24,694 nt of DNA from Bugula neritina (taxonomy: Eukaryota > Animalia > Bryozoa): positions 1 through 24,694 of the forward strand of contig CAXIUT010000254.1 in assembly GCA_964035545.1 (NCBI GenBank). Direction: 5' to 3'. This document shows, one piece after another, positions 11,257 through 20,943 of the stretch. Each line of letters opens with the position of its first letter. Within the stretch, counting starts at the first letter, position 1. The notes below the pieces were generated by a model. The model was not told the DNA's origin. It saw only the letters and a list, made by a program, of their open reading frames with translations, and searched no databases. Made by a program: the position numbers and the translations under genes.

Positions 11257-12253
11257 TCACTTTCTCAACATTTATTTGATACTGGCAGCATTGATTTCAT
11301 TTGAGAAAGTTTTGTTATCTAAAATAGTTTTCAATGAAAGTCTTTTCTCTGATCTGATTTGTAACATTCCCTCGATTAATGTCCTACTCTCTTTGTCTAT
11401 TCTTGCATGGTCTACTCTTTTGGAGTAAATATCATCCAGCAACTCTTCAGCTGTCTGTCCGCTGTAAGGAGTTTCCCCAGTATACAATTAATATAAAGCA
11501 ACTCCCAAAGACCATATATCTACAGTTCCAGCTATGGGGAGAATAGTTCTCTTGTTTGACAACCTTTAAGGACACATATAATCTAAAGTTCCAGAAAGAG
11601 AACTATCCACTTGACCTTCCTTGCTTATCAGTTAAAAATCGTTGAGATATACTTTCACTGAATGTCAGAAAATGTACTTTAACTGTCAACCATAAAATTG
11701 TCTAACTTGATGTCTCTGTGCATATAGCCTATCCGATGTAGTTCCTAAACTGCTTTAAGGACTTCCTTGAAAGCATAGAGAATGAACTGGAAGTGAGAAA
11801 CTGTATATCTGAGGGCAGAGTCTGAAAGAAAACGAGTAGAGATCGACTATAAAGTATAGGGATAATACTTCATCACAAACAACCGATAATCTTCAGACTA
11901 ACTGATCTAGAGTCTAAATAAATAATGAAATACACCTTAACTGTCCTTTCTAGAGAATAGTTTTGGAGAAACAACTTTTATTGCTGCTGATGCATACTTC
12001 GACATCCGTTAGTTTAAATTCTTTCAGTTATCTTGAGGGCTACAGTTTCTTAAGAGTTAACACGAGTTCCCTTCCACACAAGACTGTTGTTTGTTTAGGT
12101 AAGTAACTCCAGAAACTTAAAAGATGGAAAAATATTATTCCAAAAGCTAGGTTGGAGGCAAGGCTAAGATTCTTGGACTGGCTAGTAAGAACAAAAAGAA
12201 GTCTAAGGTTCTTCTTTCGAGATGTAGTTAAGGCAGGAAGAAGGCAGCTGCAT
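11257..12253 (-). CDS. Ser/Thr protein kinase, divergent (DFE for DFG, no Gly-rich loop)
   Basis: VALK, YMHRDIKLDN, NDFEL, GTLDYMCPE and DIWSLGVALYELYTGETPY are present. 20-nt introns at 11914-11933 and 11658-11677. The start codon is uncertain. Confidence 0.88.
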
Positions 12254-12388
12254 GATTTGGTAAAGGATAACTAATAGATTATGTACGAATCACTAATACA
12301 ACCACTTCATAACCACAATTGTAAGTATTTATCTCGAAACTGAGTTGACAAAATAAGATAAAACTGGACAGAAGTGATATTTTTAATC

Positions 12389-13198
12389 TCAAATAAGGTT
12401 ACTCGAATGTTTTTAAAAACCTTTAAAAGAACGGTAGTATTTTATTTAAATAAATGTATGCCAGAAATCATAGTCACTGTTATCCTACCATTTACTTCCC
12501 TTTTAAAACATTTTTTCTCAATCATACTCTCTTCCATTCCTTAATGCATCGGACCAATTTCATAATATACTCAAAATCATAAATAAATCATAAAGAAGTT
12601 TCTTTTTCTGGTTCAATTCTTAAGTCCAAAACATCATCACGTCTCCATACCAAAAGCAAGTAAATTAAAAAAAACAACACAGCCAAAAAACAAAAACACT
12701 TTTACTTCCACCTAGAATCTAGCTCCAATACTGGTGGACATAGCAAAGGTTTAGAACTTAAGATCATCACCAACAACTCATCTCCACTCTTGAATCTCTC
12801 AAAAGCTACTCCAATCAGCATATCAGATAACTTTGCATCAACCTCTATAATCTTCTATTTTTATTCATTTTCACAGACCATCCCTTTTTGCCTCCTCTTT
12901 TCCTTCAATGACATCTCCTCTTTTTTGCTTTGATTTTTACCAAACATATAAACAAAAGGAAACTCAGAAAATCTCTACTTTAAACGAGTTACCATATTTC
13001 TAACAGGTAAATCTTTGTTACAAAGCATGCTATATCAACAGTTATCTACATAGGTGGATCATTTGGCAGTTTTTATTCGTTCTGTTAGTTAAAAATCAAA
13101 TAAATAGGCACGCTGTTGGGATATAATTTCACCAATTTCTTAATCTAGGCTGTAATAGCCGCATCTCGATCTGAATCAACCTCATATTCAGGCACCAT
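12389..13198 (-). CDS. Hypothetical single-pass membrane protein with N-terminal Atg8/ubiquitin-like resemblance
   Basis: The frame is open from ATG 13198 across a 20-nt intron at 13030-13049 to the hydrophobic CFCFLAVLFFLIYLLLVW (~12645-12700). The end is uncertain: TGA ~12589 as written, or 12389 if there is an indel. Confidence 0.55.
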
Positions 13199-13246
13199 TC
13201 CTAACTATTTAAATAAATATAATAATTTCAATAAAGATTTCATCGA

Positions 13247-14343
13247 TCAGTATGAATACTTTGCCTCAAAAAGAGATTCATTAGCATCTTTGTCTTTTGA
13301 TCCCTCGTACTTTCCCAATTGTGACTCAGAATTAGCCTTAGCTCGACTCATAAATGCAGTATGACCAGCTTAAAGGTTTTCATCCTTTCCAGACCAGGCC
13401 TTGATAGCACTATTCTGAAGAGCCCTTCCAAATGAAAAGCTAAGGAACCAAGGATGTCTGATATCAGTGATTTTGTTCATGTTATTGAGGTGCATAGATG
13501 CTTGCTCTTAAGTCTGTCCTCCAGATAAAAACTATATTACAATAAAGGTACTGTTACTCCTGCCAAAGCTGGAGGTACTGTCCTGGATAAAGCTCTCACA
13601 GTTCTTACTGCCTATTCGACTGAGTTATTCTCCTTCTTTCTAGGATGTTCAGAACCATAAAGAACCATGTTTGGTTTGAGTAAACATCCCTACAGCAATA
13701 CCTTATGGTTGAATAGCTCTCTAAAGACAGCACTCAACACTTTTTCAGTTATCTTTTGACAATCTTCTGCAGAGTGAGGTCCGTCAGATAAAATTTCAGG
13801 TTCAACGATGGGTACAAGCCCATTTTGTTGGCAAATCAAGGCATATTGAGCAAGACCAATTGCATTTTAGCTAATCGCTTTATCACTTGGACAGCCTTAT
13901 TCAATCTTAAGAACTGCTCTCCATTTGGCAAACCTGCAGCCCAATTTATAAAACTCAGCAGCCATTGCGGGCAATTCTTCGAGACCTTTTGTAAAACTTT
14001 CCTTTTTTGGAGTTTCTAACTCTCCTAATCCTTTATCAACTTTAATTCCAGCAACTATCCCTTTACTCCTGACGAATTAAGTGAAGTTGACTCCTTATTT
14101 GTTGGCTTGCTTGGCTGTCTCTGAGTGGAAGATGACTCCTGAGATATACTGTTCGAGTCCTTGAGCTGAGAGGAGCATCTCTCTGTATCTCCTTCTGTTT
14201 TCTTAATTGTTTTCTAGGGGGAGAGGGTCAAACTTTTTATCTACTGACTTGGGAGACTCATCAGCAGCTAAAATTCCTTTCCCTGGAGTGCATATCTTGG
14301 CAGCAGTCTCTATAAGTTCCTTGGAGAAATCTTTTGCCTACAT
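13247..14343 (-). CDS. FBA: Fructose-bisphosphate aldolase, class I
   Basis: [58 protein letters not shown] (Schiff-base Lys), [15 protein letters not shown] and C-terminal YSY-TGA. 20-nt intron at 13532-13551. Confidence 0.98.
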
Positions 14344-14523
14344 ATCTGACGTAATATTTATAGTTAAGACCAAAAATAATATCAAATGAATATTTCAAAT
14401 ATTAAATAAAATAATATTACTCTTAATGATTAACCTTTAATAAATCAAAACTGAGTGTTCATTCAATTGTCAACTATTTTATAAATAAAAATGATTGAAA
14501 ATTAATAAAAATATAATAATAAG

Positions 14524-17500
14524 ATGGACTAAAATCCAGTGTAGCCCTTATCGTGTCAACCCACTAACTACTACTTTCAAATAATTATTACTCACTTAAG
14601 CTGCTCTTTTAATCAATAATCTATTCCATAATTTGTTTTTACTATCTCAAAAGGCAAGCAACTCTTCTAATTCACAAAAGTATTATCGGGTCAATGGGTC
14701 AATAAAACAACGATCATTGAACGTTAACGTCTAAATTTTGTAATTTTAAACTACCTTGGAGATAGACCATAATAGTTTTCATTAAAAATTTGTCTCCCAT
14801 CAAATCAATAAGATTAACATATCGGATAATACCTCATTGACTGTAATAATTTTATATAACACTACAATCTTAGTAACAAAGGAGCATTCCAACAAGAAAT
14901 GCCATTGGGAAATAACTATAATCTCAAAACATAAATATATGTTCAAAAAAATAGATTTGCAATAGAGAGGTTAGTAAGATAGATGCGTCATCCCAAAAAT
15001 AATAAGAAAATATGTTAATATCAACTTATAGAATAAAGATCTAAATAAATTAAAAATCTATAAAAATCAATCAATAAATAAAATAAATTTCATAGAAGTA
15101 AATCACCAAAAAGATCTATCTCAGATATTGTCAATCAAAGACTATCCCCAAAAAAATAATTAAAAATAAATCAATCAATCAAAGAACCTGAAAGTCTTAA
15201 TTAAAAAAATATAAAATAAAATATTTAAGATTATTAAAAAATACAAAACGTAAAAGAAAGAAAATAAATATAAAATATATAAATAGCTAGAGAAGATTTA
15301 TAAATCGAAAAATAATTCTTATTGATAAAAAAAGAAGATGAATTTGAAGTATTGAAAGAATAGAAAGAATAAGCTCAAGATTAAATAACAGTCTAAAATA
15401 AAGATATAGCTTGGATAAAATCTTAATAGAGAGTTGAAGTCTTGAAAGAAGAAGAGGCATAAGTTAAAGAGGCCTAAGTTAAAGAAGTCTAAGTTAAAGA
15501 GGCCTAAGTTAAAGAAGTCTAAGTTAAAGAAATCTAAGTTAAAGAGGTCTAAGTTAAAGAGGCCTAAGTTAAAGAAGTCTAAGTTAAAGAAATCTAAGTT
15601 AAAGAGGTCTAAGTTAAAGAGGCCTAAGTTAAAGAGGAAGAGGTCTAAGTTAAAGAGGCCTAGGTTAAAGAGTAAGAGGTCTAGGTTAAATAAGAACCTC
15701 GAGAAACATAAGAAGAGTTAGAGATAAGTAAAAAGGAGACAATTTAAGCAATAAGATAACTATAAGATAGATAATAAACAGTTGGCCAAGCATCAATAAG
15801 ATAACTTTAAATAGTAGAGGAAAATAAACTATAAAAAGATGAAATATAAAAGAAAGAATAAGATAAATAAGAGAAATAATAGGAGAGAGTCAAGATAGAA
15901 TTATAAGATCCACAAGCTATGCAAATATAACTGCAACAATAGACAGTAACTCTCAATTAATAAACTATATATAAGTAGAATAAGCTTCCTATCTTAAAAC
16001 CTTAACTAATTTAACAATCAAATGTTTAAATAGATATAGGATACAAACCATAAGAACCAATTCAGACAATTAAGAATAGATAAAAAGAATAAATAGAACA
16101 TTAATAAAATATTGAATCAGTTAAAAAGTAAGAAAAAATATAAAAAATGACTGTTTCAATAAGATAAAATCAATAAACTAAACTATAAATTTATTCATCA
16201 GAACCCATTCCTTCTTAATAGAAAACAAAAGTCATATTAAAAATAGAATAAGCTAAAGTAAAATATCCTCAATAAATTAAGCCTTTATAAGAAATCAAGT
16301 AATAACCAAAAGTTAAATAAGATATCAAAGGTAATTAAAATAAATAACTTCAATAAAATCCTTTTTAAATAAATTATAATGACATAACATTGTAAAAATA
16401 ATACTCATTTCAAATGACAAATTCTAACCTCAAAATATAAAACCATCTTAAAGAAACTCCAATCATTATCTAACCTGAATAAACTAAATATACTACCTCA
16501 AATATTTTATAACCTCTAAAACATATCTATTCAGAACCAAAAAAATTCATCCTACTCATCATCATCATAGTCCTAATCTTTATCATTAGTTTTATGCAAT
16601 CAATATTAAATTCAAAAGAAGCAGTAGTCTTAAATAAAATAACTCAAAAATAACAAGTATTCAAAAAAGTAACTTAAAAATAAAAATAACATACCAAAAT
16701 AAATAAATAAAATAAATAATCAAAAACTATTGGATAAAATTAAAATAAAAAGGAGAAGAAGGAAAAGAATAAAAAGGAGAATAATAAAGATAATAATAAA
16801 GAGAAGAATAAAGAGGAGAATGAGAAGAATAAAAAGGAGAAGAATAAAGAGAATAATAAAGATAATAATAAAGAGAAGAATAAAGAGGAGAATGAGAAGA
16901 ATAAAAAGGAGAAGAATAAAGAGGAGAATGAGAAGAATAAAGAGAAGAATAAAGAGAAGAATAAAGAGAATAATAAAGAGAAGAATAAAGAGAATAATAA
17001 AGAGGAGAATAAAGAGGAGAATAAAGAGGATAATAAAGAGGATAATAAAGAGGAGAATAAAAAGGAGAATAATAAAGAGAATAATAAAGAGGATAATAAA
17101 GAGGAGAATAAAGAGGAGAATAAAAAGGAGAATAATAAAGAGGATAATAAAGAGGAGAATAAAGAGGAGAATAAAGAGAATAATAAAGAGAAGAATAAAA
17201 AATAAAGATTAAAAAATAAGCAATCAAAAGTAGATCAATAATAAAAATAGCCAAAAGCTAAAACAAAATAGAAATAGCTAAAATATTCAAAGAAAAGAAG
17301 ATAAAACTCAAAATTAAGAAATTAAAAATAGCAATAGAATAAATGATAAAAGTGTTAATTGATTTTGAATAACATTTGATATATAAGATAATGAAGTAAA
17401 AAAGTAAAGATAAATTTCAACCTAAAAGTTTTACTATCCTGACTACAGGATAGTGTTTAAAACTTGATAAAAACAAAGTCAACTTCACGAAGTATCCCAT

Positions 17501-18236
17501 CTTTGCCTCTTCTTTCAAACAACTATCCTTAATCACCTAGCTAATGGACTACTTCGGATAAAATCAAAGAAAATAATTTCATCTCCTTAAACTCAAAATC
17601 AAAATACTACCTTTCCATAATAGCCACAACTATAACCTAGATAAAATCTTTACCATCAAAGCAGTCGAAAACGGATAAGAAGTACAAATCATGGATATAC
17701 CCATCAGATATGGAGAACCTCTCAACTTATTCATCAGAGCCAACATACCCGAACTATAAACTTCCACTGATATTTCAGGATCTCTTGAATTCCAAATAGA
17801 CTAACTCTCACCACTAGTCCTCCCCATCCACAGTAGAGGATAAGTCCCACAAGTCTTCTGTCTAAAATAACTGCAAGATAAAAGATCAGGGACCAAGATA
17901 ATAAAGATTCCTAGCAAAGGAACGATGAAGATTCCCTTTAAAAACTGTTCAAACATAAACTTTTCATTCGAAGTGAAGATAGTCGGCAGAGAAATCGATA
18001 AACCAGACGCAGATGGAGTCAGAATAAATGTCTTGCCTCTTCAACTAACTGCATAAGACAAAAAGAAAGATCCATGTTTAAGAGTAGATGCTAACTCTAC
18101 TTTCTGTGTCCACCTCTAACTGGAAATGCTGAAGAAAGACAATCCGATCAGAATAGCCAGAAGAATACTAGTCCTACAAGTGCAAGGAACTAAACTACTC
18201 TTTCCTTTCCCTCTGGAAATCATTATCACTGGATGA
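14524..18236 (+). CDS. Large hypothetical protein (~1200 aa): globular N-terminus, E/K/N-rich repeats, beta-rich (possibly ASH/Ig-like) C-terminus
   Basis: A long coding-like stretch under TAR=Glu runs from ATG 14524 to ..LFPFPLEIIITG-TGA 18234-18236. Continuity through the low-complexity middle was not checked base by base. Confidence 0.65.
15460..15690 (+). repeat. Coding 15-bp repeat encoding (EVKE[A/V/I])n
   Basis: TAAGTTAAAGA[G/A](GCC/GTC/ATC) occurs in ~14 tandem units. Confidence 0.92.
16745..17205 (+). repeat. Coding purine-rich 12/15-bp repeat encoding (NKEE/NKEN/NKED/NKEK)n
   Basis: AATAAAGAGGAG-type units with no C over ~450 bp. Confidence 0.9.
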
Positions 18237-18305
18237 TCCAAGACCATTTGATATCATCACCTTTACAATACTATTGATTGCTTTCTTGAACAATCTAAAC
18301 AATTG

Positions 18306-18391
18306 CTAATAACTATCAAACACAACAAAACACAATAGAACTCAAATGCTGATAACTATCAAACACAACAAAACACAATCAGAACTCAAAT
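18306..18391. repeat. Tandem duplication, 2 x ~43 bp, overlapping the stop codon of the next minus-strand gene
   Basis: GCT[A/G]ATAACTATCAAACACAACAAAACACAAT[C]AGAACTCAAAT occurs twice. Confidence 0.9.
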
Positions 18392-18937
18392 AGGTTGCAG
18401 TAGAAAGCTCTTACTTCCTGCTTTAACTTATCTGCTATCTGTCCCTTCAACTTGCTTTTCAACTAATTTATTTTCTCCTCAATCTTTGGCTCTTATTGTT
18501 AAAACTACAAATAACTAACATTGAAACATTTTCCATCGATTCCTTTCCATTTCTACAATTCTGACTCAGTAGCTTCTTTTATAATCTTGTTTGCCTCTTT
18601 GACTTCCTTTTAAATCAAACTTTCCACAACCTTTTGGATCTAAGGTGATGACTTATTGATTGCTTTTTTTGCTTAACTCATATTCTTAGACTGGAATAGT
18701 TCTATGATTTTATCTGTTTGTCTTTTTGCTTGTTTCAGATCAGCCAAATTACTACTAAATATATCAGTACATCAGGTAGAGCTTGTTCAGTTTGATTCTT
18801 TGTAATTCTAAACGTTGTCTCCTTTCATCTTCTGTCTAGACAAGACATTTTTAACATAGCAGCTTGTGAGATGAAAGGTCTATTTTGATCACAGGTAAGT
18901 TATGAACCTAACACTTCGTCTATCTTGACTACTTCAT
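18379..18937 (-). CDS. Hypothetical protein, B-box-like zinc motif plus coiled coil
   Basis: MKESRETKCEVHNLP..KLLCEKCL is followed by E/K-rich helical sequence. 19-nt intron at 18752-18770; TGA 18379-18381. Confidence 0.65.
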
Positions 18938-19053
18938 TCAAATTCTTATTATTATATAATAGCACAACCAATAACAGACTAATCATCGATCTTATCAACT
19001 AGAATAGCAAATAATTGACCTCAAAAAGATTAAAAAAATTACATTTGAATTAT

Positions 19054-19754
19054 ATGGGAAGAGAATAAAGTGAAAACTCTTCAGGATAAGAATCCACCTC
19101 AGCCCTTGGTAAAATCACTTCTACCCTTTGCCTCATCTTCTGCGGCACTACTGATGATATAGATCCAGTTGTCAACCGATCGGTCACCTTCAACACCTAC
19201 ATGCAAATTACAGAACTCATCCACATAATCATCCTATACACATGGTTCAACACCACCAATAACATGCAGTACAGCGCCATCCAAGCTGTACTTTCTGGTC
19301 TGATCATTGCTGTCTGCATCATCCCTCGACTCATACATAAATACTACGGACTTCTTATCACTTTGATTGCTTTTTTGCTCCTTACTCTAGCAGCAGCTGG
19401 ACTATCAGCCATACTAATTAAAAAGTATTAATTAATGATATTAGTTACTTCACCTTTACCAATTACTGTGATATTTTATCCAGCTACCAAACAAAAAGCA
19501 AAGATTTCGACTACTCAGCTCAATCAGTCTGCTAGAAAGTAAAAAACCTCTATCATATAAACTTCGCAGCGAATGGAGTAGCTACTTTGTTGAGAGGAAT
19601 CTACATCTATTTGATTTTACAAGCCTACAGAGTGGCAAGAAATAAATTCAACGTATAATAAAAGAAAAGAAGAAGAAAATAAAAGTTTAACGAAAATCTC
19701 CAAAATAAACATCTATTCAACCCAAACAAAAAGCTATAACTCTTTACTAAATGA
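19054..19754 (+). CDS. Hypothetical multi-pass (~4 TM) membrane protein
   Basis: ATG 19054, three or four hydrophobic segments, a Cys pair in the loop after the third, a 20-nt intron at 19425-19444, a basic tail and TGA 19752-19754. Confidence 0.7.
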
Positions 19755-19827
19755 TCCTTTATTCGATACTTCAACTTATCATTATTTAATCCTCTATCTT
19801 TTGTCCAAATTTTAAATCACATTAAGA

Positions 19828-20621
19828 TCACTCTTGCGACTTTTTCTCTTTCCACCTTCGATATGCTCTTAGATATACATTTCTAAACAACACTTGAGCT
19901 AAAAATGCTCCAATTAGTTCAAATAGCATGACTACTAAGCAAGCAGGCATTCCCTAGCTTCCAATTCCACGTTGTAGCATTGACTGTAGCTGCAAAGCAA
20001 ATGCGATTGCCGGATTGACAAGGTGTAGACTGGCAGTTATTCTTGGTTAGGACTAAAGTACGTGATTGAAAAATAATAAAAAATAGCAATAACGATATGA
20101 GCCCAAGCTTCACTTTCCACAAAAGTTGTTTCTTCAGTAATAGTAAACAAAACAAAAAAGATCAAAATAAAAGTACCCATCATCTACTCCACACTCATCT
20201 TCAGCAAATCCACCCACCCAGGCATACTCGCAAATAAAGCTCCTCCGTTTCCATATACTTCATAACTAAGGACTACACCAACAAACATTCCCAGCATCTG
20301 AGAAACCCAGTAGACCAACATTTTTCTCCATTCCTTTGTTTCTAGTCCAAATCCCAGGCTAACTGCAGGGTTCAAATGTCCTCCAGAAATGGGTCCAAAG
20401 AAACAAATCAAGAGATAGACCAAAATCGATACATAGATGAAGTAGAAAGGATTAGGGCTACGAGGATTATTTTCTGAAGGAGAAAGAGTCAACAAAGATG
20501 TTCCCATAAATAACAAAAAAACAGCAGCAAGAAACTCTGCTATAAAAATACGTGTTTTTTATCTTTTAAGAAGAAAGCTAACCACTCTTGATCGATTTGT
20601 TTTAAGATCTTCTTCCACCAT
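19828..20621 (-). CDS. Aquaporin / major intrinsic protein
   Basis: FIAEFLA, ISGGHLNPAVS (MIP signature), VEEMMGTF, and a second LVNPAIA after a 20-nt intron at 20042-20061. TGA 19828-19830. Confidence 0.93.
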
Positions 20622-20755
20622 TTTGATTCGTAGTTATTATATCAATTATCATTATTATTCCATCATTTCGATTAGTAGTTATTATATCAATTATCATTAT
20701 TATTATTCCACCATTTCGATTCGTAGTTATTATATCAAATATCATTATCATTTTG
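20613..20755. repeat. Tandem repeat, 3 x ~45-48 bp, including the aquaporin start codon context
   Basis: TTCCA[C/T]CATTT[T/C]GATT[C/A]GTAGTTATTATATCAA[T/A]TATCATTAT occurs three times. Confidence 0.9.
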
Positions 20756-20943
20756 ATAGGAAGTATTCATATAAATCGATCGTGATCGTCAAATTAATAT
20801 TTATAGCTCTATGTTTCTATTGAAGAGGCTATAAGTAAGATTTGATTATTATCCAGTTGTTTTGAAGATAATATTTTGGCGGGTTTCTTTGCTATTTTGT
20901 TTATGACTTAATTAACCAATATAATTCAAATTATTTAGTGTTC

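Noticed and set aside
16727-17254. Arg/Ile/Lys-rich protamine-like ORF (+) and Tyr/Ser/Pro-rich ORF (-)
   Set aside because: These are alternative frames of the NKEE repeat inside the 14524-18236 gene.
18379-18830. V-ATPase subunit G-like impression from the KEANKIIKEA segment
   Set aside because: The reading frame extends upstream to a Cys/His motif, and the resemblance is generic coiled-coil composition.
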